Shown here: positions 1-7,433 of the stretch, in pieces
How positions within the stretch are numbered: position 1 is the stretch's first letter
Layout: every line of letters begins with the position of its first letter
Made by a program: the position numbers and the translations under genes
Assembly (NCBI GenBank): GCA_044356215.1
Contig: JBIKWQ010000069.1
Coordinates: 1-18,460, forward strand
Direction: 5' to 3'
DNA length: 18,460 nucleotides
Origin: Bdellovibrionota bacterium
Lineage (GTDB): Bacteria > Bdellovibrionota_C > UBA2361 > OMII01
The notes under the pieces: generated by a model
What the model was told of the DNA's origin: nothing
Database searches by the model: none
Seen by the model: the letters and a program-made list of their open reading frames with translations, nothing else

Positions 1-127
1 CACTTTGGCTTTTGAATTTTCGGTGCTCACCCTGACGGTGCCAGGGTTGCGCTCCGAAAAATTCAAAAATCCTGCGTGCTTTTGAGCATCTGCACCATTT
101 TCATCCTCCTTAACTGCTCTTTTTAGG
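1..127. repeat. Partial copy (right part) of a palindromic MITE/REP-like element
   Basis: Highly similar to 15758-15919 (GGCTTTTGAATTTTCGGTG...GTGCCAGGGTTGCGC...AAAAATTCAAAA...CCATTTTCATCCTCCTTAACTGC...TAGG). Truncated by the window start. Confidence 0.85.
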
Positions 128-166
128 ATCATCAGCCGTCTATAAGCGACGAGAATCAGGGAAAAA

Positions 167-1960
167 ATGACCGTAAAACTTAAGAGCGTCTATCGCAGCC
201 ATACCTGCGCTGACTTACGCGCATCAGATGCGGGCGAAACAGTAACTCTATCAGGCTGGGTCCTCCGTAAGCGTGATCACGGGGGAATAGTATTCGTTGA
301 TCTACGCGATAATTACGGCCAAACGCAGGTCGTCTTTAATGATGCCGGATTAGCTGAGATTCAAAACATCAGGGTCGAGTCTGTCATCAAGGTAACCGGC
401 ATCGTTAAGCAGCGTGACGCGGCGATGGTAAACCCAAAGATCCCAACGGGAGAGGTTGAGATACACTGCACCGCGCTTGAGCTCTTATCTGCTGCTGACG
501 TTCTGCCGTTTCAGATCGCTGAAGATGACAAGGCACCTGAGCCAACAAGGCTTACATACAGATTTCTTGATCTAAGAAGGGATAAAGTTCACGAAAATAT
601 ACTCCTGCGATCAAAGGTGATCCGAAAGATCCGAGAGGTGATGCATGGCTTGGGGTTCTCTGAATTCCAAACGCCAATCTTGACCAGCAGCTCCCCAGAA
701 GGAGCCCGTGACTTCTTGGTCCCTTCAAGATTCCATCCGGGTAAGTTCTTCGCGTTGCCGCAGGCGCCGCAGCAGTTTAAGCAGCTCCTGATGGTTTCAG
801 GGTTTGATCGTTATTTTCAGATCGCTCCATGCTTTCGAGACGAGGACCCGCGCGCGGATCGTTCTCCAGGAGAGTTTTATCAGTGCGATATCGAGATGTC
901 CTTTGTTGAGCAAGAGGACGTATTCGCGGTAGGTGAGACGTTACTGCATTCTGTGTTTCAGAGCTTTGCAAATGAGCACGTAACTCCCGCACCTTTCGTC
1001 AGGTTCACCTATGATCAGTCCTTGAGTATGTTCGGATCTGATAAACCAGATCTTCGTAATCCTCTAAGGATCAAGGATGTCTCGGCTGCGTTCGAGGGAA
1101 CCGAGTTCCAAGTTTTTAAAAACGTGTTAGCTGAAGGGGGTGCTATTCACGCGATAGCTCTTCCAAAGATGACAGCTCCGCCAAGAAAATACTTTGATGA
1201 CACCATCGAGCTATTTAAGAAGTGGAGTGGGCAGGGGGTAGCTTACATCATCGTCGAGCAGGCCGGTTGGCGCGGTTCAGTGGCGAAGTTCTTCTCGCCA
1301 GATGAGCAGTCGAAGCTATCTCAGTTGCTCTCGCTTGAGGAAGGCCAGATAGTCTTCTTTGGTGCCGGCAAATCAAAGTTTATCCTGCCGCATTTAGGAA
1401 GATTGCTATCTAAGTTCGCCGATGATTTCTCGTTGCGTAGTGGCGGTTATCACCTCTGCTGGGTAACTGATTACCCGATGTATGAGTACGACGAGGATGC
1501 CAAGGGGCTGGTGTTTAGCCACAATCCATTCTCTATGCCTCAAGGGGGAATGAAAGCGCTTTGTGAGCAGGATCCGCTCTCAATTAAGGCATTCCAATAC
1601 GACATAGTTTGTAACGGCTACGAATTAAGTAGCGGAGCGATCCGCAATCATCAGCCGGAGATTATGTATAAGGCTTTTGAGCTCGTTGGATACTCCAAGG
1701 ACGAGGTAGACGCAAAGTTTGGCGGGTTGATTAAGGCCTTTAAATTTGGAGCTCCGCCCCACGGTGGGTTTGCCCCGGGGATAGACCGAATAGTTATGTT
1801 GCTCGCGCAAGAGCAGGCTATTCGGGATGTTATAGCTTTCCCTATGTCTCAGAGCGTCGAGGACCTAATGATGGGTGCTCCGAGTGTTCCAAGCGAGAAG
1901 GCGCTTAAAGAAGCGCATGTTCGGGTTGTGATGCCTGAGGTGCTTGGGAAGGTGGGGTAG
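167..1960 (+). CDS. aspS: Aspartate--tRNA ligase, probably non-discriminating Asp/Asn type
   Basis: 597 aa with YRSHTC N-terminus, OB-fold RDHGG-IVFVDLRD, class II motifs (LPQAPQQFKQLLM, FRDEDPRADR, GAPPHGGFAPGIDR) and a GAD insertion. His in RDHGG is typical of non-discriminating enzymes. Confidence 0.97.
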   Translation: MTVKLKSVYRSHTCADLRASDAGETVTLSGWVLRKRDHGGIVFVDLRDNYGQTQVVFNDAGLAEIQNIRVESVIKVTGIVKQRDAAMVNPKIPTGEVEIHCTALELLSAADVLPFQIAEDDKAPEPTRLTYRFLDLRRDKVHENILLRSKVIRKIREVMHGLGFSEFQTPILTSSSPEGARDFLVPSRFHPGKFFALPQAPQQFKQLLMVSGFDRYFQIAPCFRDEDPRADRSPGEFYQCDIEMSFVEQEDVFAVGETLLHSVFQSFANEHVTPAPFVRFTYDQSLSMFGSDKPDLRNPLRIKDVSAAFEGTEFQVFKNVLAEGGAIHAIALPKMTAPPRKYFDDTIELFKKWSGQGVAYIIVEQAGWRGSVAKFFSPDEQSKLSQLLSLEEGQIVFFGAGKSKFILPHLGRLLSKFADDFSLRSGGYHLCWVTDYPMYEYDEDAKGLVFSHNPFSMPQGGMKALCEQDPLSIKAFQYDIVCNGYELSSGAIRNHQPEIMYKAFELVGYSKDEVDAKFGGLIKAFKFGAPPHGGFAPGIDRIVMLLAQEQAIRDVIAFPMSQSVEDLMMGAPSVPSEKALKEAHVRVVMPEVLGKVG

Positions 1961-2037
1961 GTAGCGCCTGGGAGAGTACGGGATAGCGGCCCAAGGCGGG
2001 CTAGAAGCGTGAGCTGCGAGCAGGCTCCAGGTCACAC

Positions 2038-2060
2038 GGAGCGCGGCGCTCCAGCGCCGC
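2038..2060 (+). repeat. REP-like hairpin, GGAG type
   Basis: GGAG-C-GCGGCGCT-CC-AGCGCCGC: a conserved-style tetranucleotide followed by a GC-rich palindrome. Single copy in the window. Confidence 0.4.
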
Positions 2061-2104
2061 TAGTTGGTACTTTTGCGATGATTTAAAACTAGCTTTCTCG
2101 ACAC

Positions 2105-2133
2105 TTGGCCGGACCTGTAGATAGTGTTAGGAT
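2105..2133 (+). promoter_or_regulatory. Putative sigma70 promoter for tRNA-Leu
   Basis: TTGGCC-17 bp-TAGGAT with an extended -10 TG and a GC-rich discriminator (GTCGCCG). Confidence 0.45.
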
Positions 2134-2158
2134 GTCGCCGTTGTGAGTCCGAGTGATG

Positions 2159-2186
2159 ACCCACCTTCGCTAAAGCTACGGTGGGT
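2159..2186. repeat. REP-like bulged hairpin
   Basis: ACCCACC-TTCGCTAAAGCTAC-GGTGGGT followed by TTTT, in the tRNA leader. Confidence 0.45.
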
Positions 2187-2209
2187 TTTTACAGGGGTGA
2201 CACTCTTTT

Positions 2210-2292
2210 GCCCGAGTGATGAAATGGTAGACATACAGGACTTAAAATCCTGGGGGAGAAATCCCGTGTCGGTTCAAGTCCGACCTTGGGCA
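2210..2292 (+). tRNA. tRNA-Leu(TAA)
   Basis: Acceptor stem GCCCGAG/CTTGGGC, D-loop TGGTAGAC, anticodon arm CAGGA-CTTAAAA-TCCTG, long variable arm, T-arm GTCGG-TTCAAGT-CCGAC, discriminator A. CCA is not encoded. Confidence 0.96.
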
Positions 2293-2296
2293 GTCT
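2241..2296 (+). repeat. attL (3' half of tRNA-Leu)
   Basis: 56-bp direct repeat with 15954-16009 (53/56 identical), starting in the anticodon loop. Confidence 0.93.
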
Positions 2297-2441
2297 AATC
2301 AATCACTTACGGTCACTTTCTTTTAAGGCTCGTGTTACTGGTTTCATTCTCACCAAACCGTCCCGACGTTCAGACAATCAACTAACCATCATTCTCACTC
2401 ATTCTCATTAAGGTTCGCACAAATAACTCCGATGTTCTCAT
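2297..2441 (+). promoter_or_regulatory. att arm: IHF consensus site and putative integrase arm-type repeats
   Basis: AATCAATCACTTA (2297-2309) fits WATCARNNNNTTR. TCATTCTCAY occurs at 2344, 2389 and 2399, GTTCGCACAAA at 2413 and TGTTCTCAT at 2433. Confidence 0.6.
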
Positions 2442-2460
2442 CGTTGAGGAGCGAACTAAG

Positions 2461-3216
2461 ATGACTGAAGCTACGTTACATCATGTGTGCGAAGGGGCTG
2501 TCGTTCTCTATAAGCGAAACGGTAGCAATACAGAGTGCTGGTATGCACGATTTAAGAACCCCAAGACGGGTAAATGGAAGAAGTTCAGCACCAAGGTCAC
2601 CGACCTCGAAAAAGCGAAGCAGGTGGCTCAACGACAGTTCGATGTGCGAGTCGAGCTAATCAAGAACAACATCGACATCGACACGAAGCGGTTCTCATAC
2701 GTCGCTGATTACGTCACCAAACAGCATCAGGCTGATATCGAGGCTGGTACTGGCAAGAAGACCTACGAAGACTACATCCGTGTCATCAATCGCTTCAAAC
2801 AGTTCTTTGGAAACAAGTATATTGGCAATATCACCTATCAAGACCTCGTTGAGTACGACCAGGAACGTACTCGAAAGCTAGGCAGAAAAGCCAAACAATC
2901 AACGGTCAATCTCGCAAACGTCGCTCTTACCAAGGTATTCAAGACAGCCATTGAAAAGGGCTGGATGCACCAGTCGCAAGCTATATCGTTCAGAAACGAC
3001 GGGAAGAAAGGGGAGCGACGACCTTACTTTGAGCTGCACGAATATCAAAAGCTTTATAGGTTCATGCGTGAGTACGTAAAGCTCACAACCAAAGACAGCC
3101 CTCAAGGGGGCGTTAAGAACCAGACGCTCATGATTCGAGAGCTGATGCGAGATTACGTGCTGTTTCTGGCGAATACAGGCTTACGGCACGGCACAGAGAC
3201 CAAGAACCTTAGGTGG
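2461..3216 (+). pseudogene. Tyrosine integrase, N-terminal part (interrupted by IS21)
   Basis: Arm-binding-like N-terminus (WYARF...KKFST), core-binding domain and catalytic R in FLANTGLRHGTE. The frame continues at 6619 once the IS and one TSD are removed. Confidence 0.93.
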
Positions 3217-3242
3217 TGTTGACGCCGGCCAAAAACCGCATC

Positions 3243-3320
3243 TAAACGCCGACGATAAACGCCGACGATAAACCCCGACGATAAACCCCGACGATAAACA
3301 CCGACGACAAACGCCGGTGA
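3243..3320 (+). repeat. 6 x 13-bp tandem repeat (TAAACNCCGACGA) in the IS end, putative IstA binding sites
   Basis: Units start at 3243, 3256, 3269, 3282, 3295 and 3308 (last one degenerate). One copy lies within the opposite IR. Confidence 0.9.
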
Positions 3321-3358
3321 AGATGCTTTTTAATGACTTTGAGTTTGGCATGTGTGAA

Positions 3359-3679
3359 TTATCGAGAGCGAGGGGACGGCGGAAGTAAGGGGGTCGATTG
3401 TTCAGTGAGCATGGATGATAGCAAGTTAACGGTAGCAATGAATGAGAGGCGCTGCACCCGCATGACTATGTCGATAGTGTTATAATTTCGTTGACAAGTG
3501 AAGCAGCGAGCTAGGTTGGTGGCTGAGTTAATCGCTGTATTGAACTCTCCGCAGTCTGGGCAGACGAATCGAAGAAATCCCTCGCGATGTTTGGTGGGTA
3601 GTTCCAAGTAGTCGCTTATCACAGTCACTATCGAGACGTGATTGCGCAAACGATAGAGCTGAGAGGCTGATACCCGCAT
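3359..3679 (-). CDS. CHC2-like zinc-finger protein (DnaG zinc-binding-domain-like) within IS21
   Basis: 106 aa: FVCPDC...NLARCFTCQRNYNTIDIVMRVQRLSFIATVNLL resembles the primase ZBD pattern. ATG overlaps the istB stop (TGATG). Confidence 0.75.
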   Translation of the reverse strand: MRVSASQLYRLRNHVSIVTVISDYLELPTKHREGFLRFVCPDCGEFNTAINSATNLARCFTCQRNYNTIDIVMRVQRLSFIATVNLLSSMLTEQSTPLLPPSPRSR

Positions 3680-4443
3680 CAAGCTTTTCTTTCCTTAAGA
3701 GTATTTGTTCTTAGAGCCTCACGTGCTCGCGCGTCTTTGAGCCTAAATGACTCATTAACATCGATGGTGAAGATCTCGGAATAATGAATGAGCCTATCAA
3801 CCATCGGCACCAGACAAGCTGAGCTGGGGAAGACCCCATTCCATTGACTAACCCCTAGGTTTGAGGTCAACACTATCGGTTTGCTTTGATAACGACGTGT
3901 AACCAGCTCAAAAAGGTGCTCGGCGTTGGAGGTGCTTGGGTCAAAATACCCCAGCTCGTCAATCACTAAGATATCAGGACGAGCATAGTGCTTCAGACGA
4001 GCGGCAAGCGCGGAGCCGGTTCGCTGCTCAGCAAGATCATGTAACAGAGCGCTCGCTGAGATAAACAAGCTGGTGTATCCCTGTAACACCGCATGGTGGG
4101 CAAGGTTCTGCGCTATCATGGTTTTGCCGGCGCCACTGGGACCGACAAGGATTATGTTGGTTGCATCAGCTATGAACTCTAAGCTAAAGAGCTCCTCAAT
4201 TCGGGCGCGGTCGATCTCTTGTGGGTGCGACCAATCGAAGTCAGCCAGTGGTTTGAAACGTCCAACTCTGCTACGCTTTGTTCGTCGCTCGAGACCACGT
4301 TTTGCGCGCGCCTGCTCTTCGCACTCAATCAGCTTTGGTAACCAATCCGCCGCGCCAAGCTGTTCCCAGTGACTAAGTACACCGTAGAGTCCCAATGCTT
4401 TAGCTTTTTCCTTGAGTGAATCATAATTATTTTTTGCCGCCAT
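3679..4443 (-). CDS. istB: IS21 helper AAA+ ATPase IstB
   Basis: KPLADFDW, Walker A GPSGAGKT, Walker B ILVIDELGY, TSNL...W, DRLIH, ESFR. Confidence 0.95.
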   Translation of the reverse strand: MAAKNNYDSLKEKAKALGLYGVLSHWEQLGAADWLPKLIECEEQARAKRGLERRTKRSRVGRFKPLADFDWSHPQEIDRARIEELFSLEFIADATNIILVGPSGAGKTMIAQNLAHHAVLQGYTSLFISASALLHDLAEQRTGSALAARLKHYARPDILVIDELGYFDPSTSNAEHLFELVTRRYQSKPIVLTSNLGVSQWNGVFPSSACLVPMVDRLIHYSEIFTIDVNESFRLKDARAREALRTNTLKERKA

Positions 4444-4444
4444 A

Positions 4445-5947
4445 TTATTCCTCCCCGTTTTCTTTCTTGTTTGTTAATTGCTCATACTGTCCAAGTTCAT
4501 GTTGTTTTACCGGCGTAAGGTCATGCCTGAGCGCGTGGTCAGGTAATGCCAGAGGGAGAGCGGCTGCTTTTCCAGCTTTAGCTCTCCGGGTCTCTAAACG
4601 CTCGGTTATGGAAGAAATAGTGTATTCCCCTTGCTGTAGCGCATCCTGAATGGCGCTGGTGAGTTCTAAAGCCCCATACATCTCAAGCAGCTTGCGCAAG
4701 GAGCGCTTAGCATCCAGCATTGAGTAGTCTTGCTCACTCATGCCATCAAAGAGATCTTTTACTGATGAGCCGAGGCACCGCACTAAATCATCAATGCTGT
4801 TGTCGTTACTGGCGAGACGCTTATACTCCCGGAGTTCACTGATATGTGCCGGATTGTCGTAGCGTTTACCTTTGGTGTAGTGCCTTGCGTGAGTAGCGAT
4901 TGTTTCTGTTCCGGATACAATACGCACTGATTCCTCAGAGGCGAAGACGCTCACTATCGTATGCACGTAGTGGAACGGTACAGAGTAATCGTTTAGGTCG
5001 AACCTAACGTAGGGGGTCTTGCCTATAGAGACGTCTCTACGCTCTTCGCACGGGTAAAGAGGCTCAGAGAGGGGCACTAGTACCTCGCGCTCTGAGCGGA
5101 GCGCATCGTGGACCTTTAGTGTCTTGTCATCCTGCCAAGCACGCTCAAGCGATACAGTGTCGCACCAGACGAGCGCTTGCTGATTAAGATCCTCTATATC
5201 CTTAAACTTTCTACCGGAAAAAAAATTATCCCGCACGTATCGAATAGCTCTCTCCGTGCGCCCCTTCTCATTACCCCGAGCTGGTGCGGCTACCCTAATC
5301 GAGAACCTTCTGTGCTGGGCGTAGCTCACTATCTGGGGATTTAGCTTAATAGCGCTCCCGATCCTTTCAAGAACAACGCTTTTCAAGTTGTCGTACAGGC
5401 AGTGTTTCGGCGCTCCTTGAAACCAGCCGAATGCGCTTTCATGACCCCGAAGAAAGCAGCTCATGGACTGAGAGACAAAAAAACGGATAAAGATAGCTCT
5501 TGAGTAGGAAAGCGTCATGACAAACGCCACGAGGGGACGCCTATGCCCCTGGAAATAAATCGAATTAAAGTGCCCCCAGTCAACTTGAGCTTCCTCGCCT
5601 CTTATGCGGTCAAGCCGCAAAAATGCCTCTCTGCGCTTGGGGCGAATCTCTTTGATGAGGGAGCGAAACTGAGATATTTTCCCACGATATCCGCGAGAGG
5701 TAACCATCATAAAGAGACGCGTCGCGGTTAAGGTTGGATAGGTTTTGAGTGTGTGGTTGATAAACGGCAGATGCTCATCGATGAGCCGCGGCCGGGAAGC
5801 TTTCGTAGGGATACACCCGTCTTGCGTTAAGGCGCGTCTTACCGTGGTTGCGTGTAGGTTGAGTTGGCTAGCTATCGTTCCAACTCGCCACTTTTCGACG
5901 TGGTAGAGTCGAAGTATCTCAGCCTCTTGTTCTTTGGATATAGTCAT
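4445..5947 (-). CDS. istA: IS21 DDE transposase IstA
   Basis: N-terminal HTH, GEEAQVDWG, LSYSR, YDNLKS, KGRTERAIRYVR, and Mu-like C-terminal VRFDLNDYSVP. Confidence 0.95.
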   Translation of the reverse strand: MTISKEQEAEILRLYHVEKWRVGTIASQLNLHATTVRRALTQDGCIPTKASRPRLIDEHLPFINHTLKTYPTLTATRLFMMVTSRGYRGKISQFRSLIKEIRPKRREAFLRLDRIRGEEAQVDWGHFNSIYFQGHRRPLVAFVMTLSYSRAIFIRFFVSQSMSCFLRGHESAFGWFQGAPKHCLYDNLKSVVLERIGSAIKLNPQIVSYAQHRRFSIRVAAPARGNEKGRTERAIRYVRDNFFSGRKFKDIEDLNQQALVWCDTVSLERAWQDDKTLKVHDALRSEREVLVPLSEPLYPCEERRDVSIGKTPYVRFDLNDYSVPFHYVHTIVSVFASEESVRIVSGTETIATHARHYTKGKRYDNPAHISELREYKRLASNDNSIDDLVRCLGSSVKDLFDGMSEQDYSMLDAKRSLRKLLEMYGALELTSAIQDALQQGEYTISSITERLETRRAKAGKAAALPLALPDHALRHDLTPVKQHELGQYEQLTNKKENGEE

Positions 5948-6332
5948 TTGGTGCCTTTGGAATCTTCTGTAAAGTATTTAAGCGCGTGAATCCATTGCTC
6001 AATGCTCCACATCGGCAACACTGAGCTAGGCACTTCCCGCCATGCAATGGGGCAGACTCTGGATGAAGGCTAGGTTGATTGGAACCCTGATGAGTCACTC
6101 TTTGAGTTTTTTTTCTGTAATGCCGCTGTCTTTTGCAATGATTATCTCTGCCGGTAGGGGTCTCCTGGTAGCGCCTGGAAGCACTGCCAACTGTCTTGCG
6201 CCTGCTAACAAGGGAGCATTCCCGGGAGCAGTATCGATTGCCCCTGTCACAAGAGCGACAAATCACGCACATTTTGCCGCAGCGATGGCATGTAAATCGC
6301 CTAAAACTATTATCTAAATCGTCAGCGCTAAT
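5919..6332 (-). CDS. Cys-rich, basic putative zinc-finger protein upstream of istA (start uncertain)
   Basis: The frame is open upstream of the ATG at 6272 and adds a CHRC pair: FTCHRCGKMCVICRSCDRGNRYCSREC...CCRCG. An in-frame stop lies at 6368-6366. ATT at 6332 is a candidate start. Confidence 0.7.
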   Translation of the reverse strand: MSADDLDNSFRRFTCHRCGKMCVICRSCDRGNRYCSRECSLVSRRKTVGSASRRYQETPTGRDNHCKRQRHYRKKTQRVTHQGSNQPSLHPESAPLHGGKCLAQCCRCGALSNGFTRLNTLQKIPKAPNDYIQRTRG

Positions 6333-6354
6333 TTTCCCCCCAATATGCTGGATT

Positions 6355-6454
6355 AGCTCAGGGGTTCATGTATCCTTGTACCTACGTGGTCTTCTTGGCC
6401 CCGAGCTGGCGCGGCAGGGTTTATGCGTCCAAAATACACAAGCTCCGCCGCGCC
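6355..6454 (-). ncRNA. Putative structured RNA leader (two adjacent stem-loops) in the IS21 5' end
   Basis: Minus strand: GGCGCGGCGG/CUGCCGCGCC stem with inner UUGUGU/GCAUAA, then AGCUC-GGGG/CCCC-U-GAGCU stem with a 34-nt loop. G-U pairs form only on the minus (sense) strand. Confidence 0.4.
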
Positions 6455-6618
6455 CTTTTATTCTTACGCGCTTCGTGCCTGCTACTCAAAATTATTTGCC
6501 CCCTTCAAAGCCGCTGCGGGGTACGGCGGGGTACGGTTCTTACAAACCTTTGGCGGGGTACCGCTGTTCAATTGTCATCGGCGTTTAGATGCGGATCTTG
6601 GCCGGTGTTAACAGGTGG

Positions 6619-7233
6619 AAGCACATTTCTGAAACGACGATGAATGGACAGAAGTACATCGTCATCGCCCTTGAGAAGGGAAAGACAGGTAAACGCACCA
6701 TCGTCTGTCGTCACAGTGTCAGAAAGTACCTAGTTCGCATCAAAGACCGATTTGCACATCTCAAAGAGCGACAGCTAGGGCAGATGCTTGATATCGATGA
6801 GCTTGTATTTCGATGTCGTGATGGCTCAGTGCCGAAGGACTTTCACGGAGCGTTCAGAATCATGCTTGAGAAGGCGAAGCTGCTTAACGACGTCAATGGG
6901 TCTCGACGGTCTCTATACTCGCTACGACACACCTATGCGACCTTCCAGATTATCTACAACAGACTCGACCTGCATACCCTAGCGAAGAATATGGGGACGT
7001 CTATAGCGATGCTGGAGCGGCATTATTCGCATCTGGAGGTGCTGCATAGGGCTGAGGCGTTGGCCGGCAAAGCGGAGCAGGGGAAACCACGGGGTAAGGG
7101 TAGGGTAACGGAGACTCGAATCATTGAGCTTGGGGGCGAATCTGAGGGCTTTGGCGGGGATTTAAATGATTCTCCAGATAGAACGTGTGATGTTCTTACT
7201 GCTCAAAAATCCTTAAAGGCCTCAGACCGCTAG
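6619..7233 (+). pseudogene. Tyrosine integrase, C-terminal part
   Basis: KGKTG, LYSLRHTYAT, LAKNMGTS and catalytic Tyr in ERHY. Joins in frame to 2461-3216 (…KNLRW|KHIS…), giving 456 aa. Confidence 0.93.
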
Positions 7234-7235
7234 TC

Positions 7236-7433
7236 TCATCTAATGCCCCGCAGTAAACAGAAGTTCTCAAAGACTTTAGGCCCGACCCCCTTTATCGGAA
7301 GAAGCATTTCTTTTAGCTTTTCCTTGTTGCCTTCGGCACAAAACTGATCGAAGTTCTTCCCATTTTCCCCGGACAGCTTGGCCGCCATGTCAAAAAGCCA
7401 TATTCAGGTCGTTATGCTGAATTCCTCAATCAT
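7236..7433 (-). pseudogene. Small helix-hairpin-helix protein remnant at the end of the RM operon
   Basis: ATG at 7433 overlaps the helicase stop, with an in-frame TGA at 7406. From ATG 7388 the frame gives 50 aa containing LLPIKGVGPKV (HhH motif). Confidence 0.5.

Larger units (their letters stand above)
3217..6613 (-). mobile_element. IS21-family insertion sequence, 3397 bp, four ORFs
   Basis: TG...CA ends; 42-bp imperfect terminal IRs (3217-3258 / 6572-6613, 36/42 match); 5-bp TSD GGTGG at 3212-3216 and 6614-6618; istA and istB present. Confidence 0.96.

Noticed and set aside
3243..3320. Possible CRISPR array
   Set aside because: 13-bp units are directly abutting with no spacers, lie in an IS terminus, and no cas genes are present.
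3181..3438. 85-aa minus-strand ORF, and ORFs 6196-6588, 6368-6643 and 6423-6611
   Set aside because: They run through IS terminal repeats or non-coding ends and have no protein-like features.
6589..6618. ATG 6589 as the start of an independent 214-aa recombinase
   Set aside because: The start lies in the IS inverted repeat, and the product lacks the first catalytic Arg and the binding domains. It is the split integrase's C-terminal half.
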